The notes under the pieces are model-generated. The model had not been told where the DNA came from and searched no databases. It saw only the letters and a list, made by a program, of their open reading frames with translations. Shown piece by piece: positions 29,360-38,624 of a DNA stretch of 64,000 nucleotides (position 1 is its first letter; the number at the start of each line of letters is the position of its first letter). The DNA is from a virus, in IMG/VR virus record IMGVR_UViG_3300026382_000010, positions 42,052 to 106,051 of that record; one strand, 5' to 3'. A program made the position numbers and the translations under genes.

Positions 29360-31408
29360 GTGGTTATGCTTCAGCTTACACTAGATGCACTTAAAGCAAA
29401 ACTCAGTGCATTCAAACAAGAGACAGCAAGCTTACAATCAATGATTGATGATTACGATACCAGGATTAATGCAATTAATGATCAGCTCCAAGTGCTGAAA
29501 GCGCGTAATCTTACAAACACTGATTATTACAATGAATTACAGTCACAACTTAAATCTCTCGAGCAAGAAAAATCTCAGCTTAAATCAAAATTAGATGATG
29601 TTTTAAATAAATACGATTCTACATTTAAAACTTATGAAAAGCTCGCCCAATTTAATCAATATATCGACTCGGTTGATAAAGCACTTGAAGAACTCGACTC
29701 GATATCCTTTCCAAAATATAATCCTTATCCTCCAGGAACTGATCTCCATAATGAATACGACAATCTATTACAATTGGCTGTTGATGCAAAAATTACTCAA
29801 ACAAAACTGGATTTGCTAAAAAATGCAAAAGAGACTTTAGAAAAATATGTCGATGATCCAAATCTAAGTCCCTATATAGCTCCAATTCTATCTCAATTGG
29901 ATAGCCAAATAAACAGTTTGTCTTCAATGCTTGATAATACACTTGCACAATACAAATCAAATTTGCAACGTTATAATACAGATTTCAACGAGCAAATCCT
30001 ACAGAATCCTAATATTCCCGATTCTCTAATTCAAATGCTCCAAAATGTTTTACCTTCGCCTGAAAACATATCGCTTTTAAATAAACAGGTGTATCTAAAC
30101 GATAAACCGCTTTCTGAATATGCTACAACAGGTCCAATGTTAAGTGCTATTCCAAGTCCCGATTTAAAAATTATTCCTACTAAGACTGAACCAACGCATG
30201 GTTCACCAAGTGCTTCAAGTTCTGCTACAGATACTAGTGCTTACAACACTCCTGATACGAATACTACCTACGGATCTCCTGATTTACCCGGTAGTAATAC
30301 GCTTTTACCATCAATTCCAAGAGCACATGCAGCAACGCAAAGTCCAACTGAAAACATCTTAGCACAACCTGATGTTCTTACAAAGGCATCTACCAATTAC
30401 TCTCAAATTCCATTACAAGAGGTAATATATGGACTTCCAGAAATTGTAGAGCTACAGGTGTTGGGAGAGCAAATTCCATTTAAGTGGGATAATAATTTTG
30501 TTGTAGCTGAAATCTTTGTAGGAGAAATGAAATACAATGGATCCTCATCAATGCTTAACGCTTGGGACTTTGTTGACTATTCATCAAAATTCCTATCAAT
30601 TGTAATGCAGATACTTAGTTATGCAGGAGTATCTCCTAGTAAAATAGGACATGCTCCATTTAAATTTGCACTACAACATTTCTCAGCTCAGGACGTAATT
30701 ACGAATAGTTATGGAGAATCTACATTCCAAGAAGTGAATAATACAATTGGTTCACTTGCTCGAGATTTTGCATATTTAAGTGGTGGTAATTGGGATGCAT
30801 TTAAAAAGATGCTTTCCTCAAGTTTAAAGGAAATGTTTGGTCCTTTTGGAGAAGTTGCAACCTTTATGGGTTCAACTTTAGATAAGATATTAGGTGCAAT
30901 TCCTATGACTTCCGAATTGCGTCAAAAATTTGCAAATTCTTTTGCAGGACAATTGCTTTCTGGTAAAAGAGTTGACGTACCAAAAGTATGGCATGACTCT
31001 ACATGTTCTATGACATACAATATGAAAATCAGATTAAGTGCATCAATTGAAAATAGACAAGAGTTAATAGATATGGTAATTACGCCATTGACAATGCTTC
31101 TTGTTATGAGTGCTCCAAGGGCAGATAGAACTTATATGTATCGTTGGCCTTGGGTGTTGAATGTTAATATCAAAGGACATGGATATATTCCTATGGGAGT
31201 TGTAACAGAAATACAAGTATTACGTCCTGGTGATTTACAAATCTTTACACATCAAGGACGTTTTCTAAATATTGATGTCATCTTGAGTATCCAACCAATT
31301 TACAATACACTATTTACTTATACAGCATCCGGTTCTCCAGGATCTGCACGTTGGATGCTCACTGTCAACGAAATGATCAAGAAAATCGTTGAAGGTCTCA
31401 AATTATAG
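29360..31408 (+). CDS. Coiled-coil plus tube-fold baseplate hub/tail-initiator-like protein
   Basis: N-terminal heptad coil, S/T/P linker, C-terminal NSYGES...VPKVW.DS..SMTY...WP..L.V...MGVVTEIQV...IDV.LSIQP pattern seen in gp48-like proteins. Confidence 0.55.
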   Translation: MVMLQLTLDALKAKLSAFKQETASLQSMIDDYDTRINAINDQLQVLKARNLTNTDYYNELQSQLKSLEQEKSQLKSKLDDVLNKYDSTFKTYEKLAQFNQYIDSVDKALEELDSISFPKYNPYPPGTDLHNEYDNLLQLAVDAKITQTKLDLLKNAKETLEKYVDDPNLSPYIAPILSQLDSQINSLSSMLDNTLAQYKSNLQRYNTDFNEQILQNPNIPDSLIQMLQNVLPSPENISLLNKQVYLNDKPLSEYATTGPMLSAIPSPDLKIIPTKTEPTHGSPSASSSATDTSAYNTPDTNTTYGSPDLPGSNTLLPSIPRAHAATQSPTENILAQPDVLTKASTNYSQIPLQEVIYGLPEIVELQVLGEQIPFKWDNNFVVAEIFVGEMKYNGSSSMLNAWDFVDYSSKFLSIVMQILSYAGVSPSKIGHAPFKFALQHFSAQDVITNSYGESTFQEVNNTIGSLARDFAYLSGGNWDAFKKMLSSSLKEMFGPFGEVATFMGSTLDKILGAIPMTSELRQKFANSFAGQLLSGKRVDVPKVWHDSTCSMTYNMKIRLSASIENRQELIDMVITPLTMLLVMSAPRADRTYMYRWPWVLNVNIKGHGYIPMGVVTEIQVLRPGDLQIFTHQGRFLNIDVILSIQPIYNTLFTYTASGSPGSARWMLTVNEMIKKIVEGLKL

Positions 31409-31512
31409 ATCCGTCTAAATAAATATTGAGCAAATTCCCATAAAAAATTCCCATGTTATCCAAAGTAAAAAGAAAATAGTTTTAAAGATGAGGAAAAAAG
31501 GAGGTGTGATAA

Positions 31513-33111
31513 ATGGTTACAGTAAACGGAAAGTACATTTACATTGAGGGTCCCATTTTATTCCAACAATTTATTTCAAAGTACAAGTTGTATTTTGCAG
31601 TTAGACTTTGGTTTATAAAACCAAAAATTAAGCTTCCAAATTATGCTGCAAAATTATCCTTTGGCTTGTACTCAAATTTGGATACAAGTGTTCATGGTGA
31701 TAAATTCATGCTCACTGCTTCCCTTGAGCAAGTATATGCATTTTATATTCAGCTTCAGAAACTCATAAATCAAAGTGACTCATATGCCACTTTAACTATT
31801 GTGAATAATCGCAAAAATCAAGAGGTAAGTATATCTTGCATTCATAAAAACTCTCATATTCTTTTCAAATTAAAGCAACGTAATTTAAGTAACAATAAAA
31901 CCAATACCTACGAATTTGAAATAGATTTAATACAATTCCACTTGTTTGTAAGCATGATATCTAGTTATATTGCAAATTACCCAGTACTTGTAAATCAATT
32001 TACATTAATTTCTCCTCTTCTACAAATGCTTGAAGTGTATTTTGATAAGAAATTTGAAAATCTTCAATTATATGCTAAAGCAAAACAAACAACTGTTGAT
32101 ACAAACCCGATAATTCCGGCTATTTCAAATCCAGTAAATATAGAACCTATCATTCCTCAAAATATCGTAAATAAACCCGAGGAACCAGAAATTCCGCAAA
32201 TTAACGAAATTGTAAGTCCGAAGAATTCCAATGATGTAGAACCCGAAATTGAACCCGAAATTCCTACAAATTTAATATCAGTAAATAGTAGTAGCCAGGA
32301 ATCTAATGTAGATTCAGATTTTGATGCATTACCATTAAGCTTTCAAAAATTAATTGATGAATGCGAGTCAAATAAGGAGGAGCCGCAACAGGCTCCTCCT
32401 ACATTTGAAGATCAAGATGTATCTGATAACTTGAATACATTGAATGCTGAGGAAAAGCAAGAGACTAAAGACACTGAGGATTGGCAAGAGGTTTATTCAT
32501 TTTTAGAAAGTCAAAATGTACCAAAATTAAAACAGGATATGCTTGCTGCATTGAATATTTACAATACAAAATGTTTGGATAAATTTCATTACGAATTTCA
32601 ATTTGAAGAGTATTTTAAACCAAGTGATATTCTAGCTATCATCAGAGAAAACAATATAACTCGTTTACCTACAATTATAACTCTACCAAAATTGGATTTT
32701 GAAAAAGCAAGTAAAATCCTTGACATCATTTGGAAAAATGTATCTACACAAGGATACTATAACATCTCGTTGCTATCATACAACTTACTACTTCCAAATC
32801 TAGATATTCTCTTTCAAAACCTTGAGAAACTAACTGACAAACAGAAATTTGCATTGTTTGCAGTTTTAGATACCTTAGGATACACTTCAAATTATCAAGC
32901 TGCAAATATTATTCGTCAAGCATTCAACGAAGGGCAAATATATGATGAATTAATTGAGGAATTACTTTTAGATTTAAGTAAAACACTTACACTAAACTTC
33001 AACGAAAATATTCTTGAAATCATATATAAATACCTTGTTGAGAAAAAACCTCTTCCAAGTCATCTTATTCCGATATTTAAATTGCATTTTGCTACCAAGG
33101 ACGGCGTTTAA
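31513..33111 (+). CDS. Hypothetical protein with an acidic Pro/Glu linker
   Basis: 532 aa, AGGAGGTG SD, two domains separated by an EPEI-rich disordered region. Confidence 0.75.
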   Translation: MVTVNGKYIYIEGPILFQQFISKYKLYFAVRLWFIKPKIKLPNYAAKLSFGLYSNLDTSVHGDKFMLTASLEQVYAFYIQLQKLINQSDSYATLTIVNNRKNQEVSISCIHKNSHILFKLKQRNLSNNKTNTYEFEIDLIQFHLFVSMISSYIANYPVLVNQFTLISPLLQMLEVYFDKKFENLQLYAKAKQTTVDTNPIIPAISNPVNIEPIIPQNIVNKPEEPEIPQINEIVSPKNSNDVEPEIEPEIPTNLISVNSSSQESNVDSDFDALPLSFQKLIDECESNKEEPQQAPPTFEDQDVSDNLNTLNAEEKQETKDTEDWQEVYSFLESQNVPKLKQDMLAALNIYNTKCLDKFHYEFQFEEYFKPSDILAIIRENNITRLPTIITLPKLDFEKASKILDIIWKNVSTQGYYNISLLSYNLLLPNLDILFQNLEKLTDKQKFALFAVLDTLGYTSNYQAANIIRQAFNEGQIYDELIEELLLDLSKTLTLNFNENILEIIYKYLVEKKPLPSHLIPIFKLHFATKDGV

Positions 33112-35419
33112 TTGCTTCAGCTAAATTTTCTGCAGCATATCTTAGTCTATCAATTGAATCTAAATATCGTTGTCCCTCGTTAAATAGAAACTCAAGATAT
33201 GCGCTATAAAATGCTTTGTAAAAGACTTTTAGTACTCCAAAGTAGTATGCAAATACCTTTGGAGTTGGATTATTTGCAACTTCTAACGCGCATTTGAAAT
33301 AGTAATTCCATACAAGCGATAGATGCCCCTCCCAGGGGCATTGGGCCCATACTTCCATTAATCCATTGTAAAGTGTAAATCTGAAAAAGTTGTTTGGATA
33401 TCTGGGATCCTGAATCTTTAGATATTGATACTTTCTCTCGCGCCCAATAGTTTTAATATGCTCGTAAAATGTATCAAGTATTCGATAGTCCACATAATTA
33501 TCGTAAATTCCATAGTATTTACGTAGCCATTTAGGAAACTTATCAGTTATCCTATCTAAAAATGCATCAAATGTGTAATTGAAAAGATACTTAATGTCAT
33601 TTGATTGCAAACGAATTACATCGTAGTAAAATTTGTAAGCTAAACCTGGATTTGGAGTTGGACATACTTTAGGACAAGAACCATTATAACGTGGAGGATC
33701 ATCCCAGCCTCTACAGGGTATACACCATGGATCAATACATGGAGAAAATGGAGCTGAATACCATTGCCACAATTGCCAACCATATCTAGTAATTGCAGTT
33801 ATATATCTGGAGATATTCTGAGTACACATTATATACAAAATATGAAATGTTGATTTAAATAAATGTAAAGCAAATGAGCAAGGATACGGATAGCAGTTAT
33901 AGGTAATGAAGTGCAGTTTCGTAATTGTATCCCAAACGTGTAGAATATACCAGTATCCTTCATCATTTGGAACTATTCTATATTTTGTATGAGCCTCACG
34001 CCAGTAATATATCATAGTATCAGTATCATATAAAAACCACTTGAGTGGAAAAGAGTAAAGTCTTGGATTTTCACTTGCTCCGTAATACCACTTGTATAAA
34101 GCCTTATAATATGCATCGTCATTGAATATAAGCCAGAGAATCATATGAATGAGGTTTACAGTATTTTTTCCAAGTTCAACTAAACCTGGAACCCAATTAA
34201 ACCTTTGAATTTGATCTTTTAAAAAGGTAACTAACTCTTCATAATACTTGTAATCATATTGCGTTTGCCAGTATCCAAGTTCATAGAAAATACGAAAGAG
34301 AATTAATGCAAACAATAGGTTTCGACTATCATAATTATCTGGATCCAAATCTGAAACCTGTAGATTCAATTGGAATCTATTTTTAAACTCATTGTATGCA
34401 TTCTTTAATCGCTTTTTACCAATTTCCTGGAGTACTTTTAAAAACGAGTATAAATAATAGTCACTTTCTTCATCTAAATCTATTTCAGTTGCTCTATAAA
34501 CCTCATACTCATTATTAAAGGTATACTGATAGTTGCCATACAAATCAATTGCCTTTAGATTATCAAATTGCAAGTCATAATAAAACTTGAAGTATCCATA
34601 GTTTGTAGTTGGGTTTAAACGTTTCCAGTAAAACTCTTGTTTTGAAAGATTGACATTTAAAACATTTGTTGCTTTTTTAACAACTGGGAAAATATCGAGA
34701 CAAGTGCGTTTATTATCATCGACGATTCCTAAATCAAATACGTGATTTTCAAGGTATAATTTCAAGTAGGTTTGAAGCTCTGATTTAAAGTCGATAAAAA
34801 GTGGTTTTTGCATAAAATTGATTTGAATAGGCTGTGAGAAATCCTGAAGAATATCAAACTTATAAAAGCAAACATTTGGTAAGATATTTGCTTTTGTTTC
34901 ATCATCAAGATTATCCCAGTTGTTTTCAATGTATGCATATAATTCTTCACAAAGTCTATTTAAATTTTCAGGCAGTTTTATTTGTAGCAATTCTGCAAAT
35001 TTTTTGAGAATTAGTAAATAACTTTGTATACTTAAATATGCCTTATCAAACTCAAAGTCACAATCTTGCAGTGTATTTCCTTTGAGCAAATTATTGTACT
35101 GTGTTATAAAGTAATTTAGGAAAACATCAGGATCTTCTTGAGACTCCAGGATTCTAACGCGAATATCCTCATTAATCACTTTAATACAATTTGCATTATC
35201 TGGAAATAATCTTGCCTCAATGACGTAGTCTAAATATGAGGAATAACGTTTTGGATCTGCATTTATATCTTGCGCAAATGATTTGAGATTAAATTGCTTA
35301 AAAATATATTTTGCGCATAAACTTGCTTCATAATCGTATAATCCAAATAGTGTAATACCTTTAGCATCGTAATCGTAATGCAGATATAAGTAGATTAGGA
35401 TTTTAGTTTTCAAATCCAT
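33092..35419 (-). CDS. Hypothetical protein with a Cys/Pro/Trp-rich C-terminal segment
   Basis: 775 aa ORF, overlaps the upstream minus-strand gene. Confidence 0.75.
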   Translation of the reverse strand: MDLKTKILIYLYLHYDYDAKGITLFGLYDYEASLCAKYIFKQFNLKSFAQDINADPKRYSSYLDYVIEARLFPDNANCIKVINEDIRVRILESQEDPDVFLNYFITQYNNLLKGNTLQDCDFEFDKAYLSIQSYLLILKKFAELLQIKLPENLNRLCEELYAYIENNWDNLDDETKANILPNVCFYKFDILQDFSQPIQINFMQKPLFIDFKSELQTYLKLYLENHVFDLGIVDDNKRTCLDIFPVVKKATNVLNVNLSKQEFYWKRLNPTTNYGYFKFYYDLQFDNLKAIDLYGNYQYTFNNEYEVYRATEIDLDEESDYYLYSFLKVLQEIGKKRLKNAYNEFKNRFQLNLQVSDLDPDNYDSRNLLFALILFRIFYELGYWQTQYDYKYYEELVTFLKDQIQRFNWVPGLVELGKNTVNLIHMILWLIFNDDAYYKALYKWYYGASENPRLYSFPLKWFLYDTDTMIYYWREAHTKYRIVPNDEGYWYILHVWDTITKLHFITYNCYPYPCSFALHLFKSTFHILYIMCTQNISRYITAITRYGWQLWQWYSAPFSPCIDPWCIPCRGWDDPPRYNGSCPKVCPTPNPGLAYKFYYDVIRLQSNDIKYLFNYTFDAFLDRITDKFPKWLRKYYGIYDNYVDYRILDTFYEHIKTIGRERKYQYLKIQDPRYPNNFFRFTLYNGLMEVWAQCPWEGHLSLVWNYYFKCALEVANNPTPKVFAYYFGVLKVFYKAFYSAYLEFLFNEGQRYLDSIDRLRYAAENLAEAIKRRPW

Positions 35420-36527
35420 CGAGTAATTCCTGAGCTTTACCTTCTTTTATTTTTGGAACGAAATCTGGATGAACTAAAACAAGCTCTAGAAAACCTTTTC
35501 TAGAATCCACATTTTTAATTTTAAAATGAATTAGGCGATCGTCGATATATTTTTCAACGTTATCTAAAATAATTTCCTTTCCAGTTTGATATTCAACGTA
35601 ATATATTTGTAGTTGATTAAGTGAGTAGTTTTTGAGAATGTTTTTAGATATAGATAGTATGCATGGATCGTCAAAGTCAGTTGCTTGAAGTAAAGTAACT
35701 CCAAATTTACTTGGACGGTAGTTGTACCAGTATATATCGGAGTATGCAATTTGATTTTCTACACCAAGTTCAAGTCTGATAATATCAAGCTTTGGACGGT
35801 AGCTAAAGTAAATTTCATTTGGTACATTAAACATGCACTCACATGCGCATTGAATACGATACGTTGGTAATTCTTGTTCACCCATATAATTACTACCATC
35901 GGTAATATCAGTAATTCTAAAGAAAATCGAGTATGGCATTAAATACATATACAAATGCTGATTGTATTTATTTTCGTAACGAAATAGAAACTGAGGATGT
36001 TCAAGTAATGCATCCATTGGAATATCATATTTTGCAATGATGTCTTTTATTGCGTCTGTAAGATATATGTATCCAGGAATATTGTTGAAGTATTTGTAAT
36101 ATCGCGTAAATTTTCGGTAAAAGGCATTTAATGCGTCAATAATTTCAAAATGAGACTCTCCAAGGTAGAAGACATCAAACGTCATTCGATACATTAATGT
36201 AGTGTATAGAATTTCAAAGTCACCAAATTTTAAAATTCCCTTTTGAGGACGTAAGGCATAAGCAGTCATACGATTTCCAAAGCGCCATAAATTATTCACC
36301 TGCTCATCCAATGTATAAGAATTTGGCTGTAAGATAAGTAAAGGATATTGTAGAGCATACATATCTTGATTTAAACTTTTTTGATGTAACATTTGGATTG
36401 CTTTTTGATACGTTGTTACAACGAGTCGGTAAGGTTTTCTAGGACATACTTCTGCAAACTGTCTGAGAATAAACTGATACATGTTTATAAAAAAGTTATG
36501 TACAAACTTTGGGCTAAATGCTATCAT
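35403..36527 (-). CDS. Putative tail terminator/neck protein (T4 gp15-like)
   Basis: YPLLILQP, YRMTFDVFY...ES..E..D and ITD..D..Y...CECMF.VP pattern; weak recognition. Confidence 0.4.
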   Translation of the reverse strand: MIAFSPKFVHNFFINMYQFILRQFAEVCPRKPYRLVVTTYQKAIQMLHQKSLNQDMYALQYPLLILQPNSYTLDEQVNNLWRFGNRMTAYALRPQKGILKFGDFEILYTTLMYRMTFDVFYLGESHFEIIDALNAFYRKFTRYYKYFNNIPGYIYLTDAIKDIIAKYDIPMDALLEHPQFLFRYENKYNQHLYMYLMPYSIFFRITDITDGSNYMGEQELPTYRIQCACECMFNVPNEIYFSYRPKLDIIRLELGVENQIAYSDIYWYNYRPSKFGVTLLQATDFDDPCILSISKNILKNYSLNQLQIYYVEYQTGKEIILDNVEKYIDDRLIHFKIKNVDSRKGFLELVLVHPDFVPKIKEGKAQELLDGFEN

Positions 36528-36554
36528 TGCTTTCTACACCACACTCACTTTTTT

Positions 36555-37082
36555 TTATTTTTCGTATACTTTCTCAAGTAAATTTTTTGGAAATCTAATT
36601 TTATAATCTGCAATTGTTTCTAAATACTCGATAGTATCATCAAGAATGTAGCAATCTAGAGCTACAGAATATGACACTTTTACATTGCTTTTATATGGAA
36701 CCATTACTCTTTCGGCAATTATAAGAAACTGATTATTTTTAGAGAATACATAAACGCTTAGCATATTCCTGAATTTCATATTGTTGATTTGAATCGTTGA
36801 CATAATGATTTCTTCATTTGCAACGAGATTTTCCTTATTGTATCCAGTATACTGTCCATAAATTCTTAAATGTGTAGAATTTATAGTTTGAGTCTCAATG
36901 TTCCAAGCATTGCAGAGTTCTTTATATTCCTCTTCATTAAAGCATGGTACAAAGTTGCTTACCATATTGCTAAATTTACTTTTAACAAGTATTTCATAAT
37001 CCAAACTTACTTTATTTAAAATGAACTCTATAATCAATCCATTGTATTTTCCAAGATACAGCGTATAGATACGTTTTTGCAT
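36555..37082 (-). CDS. Hypothetical beta-rich protein, possibly structural
   Basis: 175 aa, AGAGG SD on the minus strand. Confidence 0.65.
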   Translation of the reverse strand: MQKRIYTLYLGKYNGLIIEFILNKVSLDYEILVKSKFSNMVSNFVPCFNEEEYKELCNAWNIETQTINSTHLRIYGQYTGYNKENLVANEEIIMSTIQINNMKFRNMLSVYVFSKNNQFLIIAERVMVPYKSNVKVSYSVALDCYILDDTIEYLETIADYKIRFPKNLLEKVYEK

Positions 37083-37154
37083 CTGTTGCGTACCTCTTTT
37101 CTTGCTTTAATTTTTTGGTTAAAAATAAAAAGAAAAAGGAGTGTTTGCGGCATA

Positions 37155-38624
37155 ATGGGAGTTCCTGATTATATTACTGAAATTCAAAGTTGGCAACAAT
37201 ATAGTAGAGCGCAATTTTTAAAAGTTTATCTTGATGATTATTATGTACGAAATATTGCTACTCTGATTATGCCATACAAGTATTTAACAATTTTCGATTG
37301 TACTCCGAAACTTATTGCAAATAATAAAATCGAATTTAGCCCTGGTTATTTATACTTTGATGGGGCATTTATCAAAGTAAATGATTCATTTACTGTTCAA
37401 TATTATACACGTGATGAACTTCGTCAAAAAACTGTTAATTTCTTCTATATCTATACGAATGCTAGATTTTGGTTACGTATTTTAATTAATAGTCGCCAAA
37501 TTCCAGAAAAACAATATGTCAAGCTTGATTCAATTGTAATTCGAAATGATTTAGTTCCTTTTGTTTACAAGTGGGATCAATTAAAGTCTATGATTAAAGT
37601 TCTAAAAGGCGATGAATTTGTAGAGTTTAAAGATGATGGACTATATGTATACTCTGGAAATGAAAATGTAATTTTGGAAATTAAATTTGATATCCTAAAG
37701 GCTCCACAATGGTTTTTTGGAATTACAGAACTTGGACTCAAATATTCTTCAATCTTTCCTGCGCCATTTATTGGACTTTCCTATTCATACAACTACTTTC
37801 AATGGATTCGATATTTGAATCCAGGATTTGAAATAAAGCTTTCGACAAATTTTGATGACGGTTCATTATATTCATACTACAAGCCTTATCTTAATCTAAA
37901 TCTGCTTGAATGCTTTTACAATGGTCCTCTGGATACTATGCAATCTATCGTTGCATATCGTAAACCAATGTTTGACTACATGACAAATATTTACAAAATA
38001 TATGCTCGTCCATATACAATCCTAGATATCTATAGAGACTTACAAGAAGACACTTTTGATAAAATGATTTTGGCTACATTAATATGGTATCCAAATATCA
38101 AATGGCGAATTTATTATTATCAACCACATCTGCCCAGATTTCTTATGCACATTCTATATCCACCTGGTAACATGCTTGATGAAGAAGTATATAAAGTCTT
38201 CAAGAAATCTATTACGAAACGTATTGTTACAAACGTTGGTACGCTATCACTTTTAAATTACGATATGGATTATCTGAAGGCTTACTTTGAAGATGAACCA
38301 AAAATTTTAAAACCTGGAATGATTATTACAAAAACTCTAACTATTGATAAATGTAGGGAAGTAGCAATAGTTCCAGTATGTTCATTTAAATACATTTTGA
38401 TTGTTGGTAATCAGTATAATCATGACATCATTTTCTTCCGTAATGTTGAAGTACCTACTCAGGTAAACATTACGTTAATTCCTCTTGAAAGTGGGCATTT
38501 TTATGGATTCTCAGTAATTTATAATCGCGATAGAATTATTCCAATTGAAGCAGTCCATATGAATTACACTGCACCTTTTGGTTCCACAAATAATCCGAAA
38601 ATCCATGGAGTCGATATTAAATGA
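37155..38624 (+). CDS. Hypothetical structural protein
   Basis: ATG 37155 after AAGGAG; N-terminal IEFSPGYLYFDGAFI motif shared with the next gene. Confidence 0.65.
   Translation: MGVPDYITEIQSWQQYSRAQFLKVYLDDYYVRNIATLIMPYKYLTIFDCTPKLIANNKIEFSPGYLYFDGAFIKVNDSFTVQYYTRDELRQKTVNFFYIYTNARFWLRILINSRQIPEKQYVKLDSIVIRNDLVPFVYKWDQLKSMIKVLKGDEFVEFKDDGLYVYSGNENVILEIKFDILKAPQWFFGITELGLKYSSIFPAPFIGLSYSYNYFQWIRYLNPGFEIKLSTNFDDGSLYSYYKPYLNLNLLECFYNGPLDTMQSIVAYRKPMFDYMTNIYKIYARPYTILDIYRDLQEDTFDKMILATLIWYPNIKWRIYYYQPHLPRFLMHILYPPGNMLDEEVYKVFKKSITKRIVTNVGTLSLLNYDMDYLKAYFEDEPKILKPGMIITKTLTIDKCREVAIVPVCSFKYILIVGNQYNHDIIFFRNVEVPTQVNITLIPLESGHFYGFSVIYNRDRIIPIEAVHMNYTAPFGSTNNPKIHGVDIK

Noticed and set aside
32239-32262. 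12-bp tandem duplication GAACCCGAAATT
   Set aside because: Ordinary slippage in a disordered EPEI linker.
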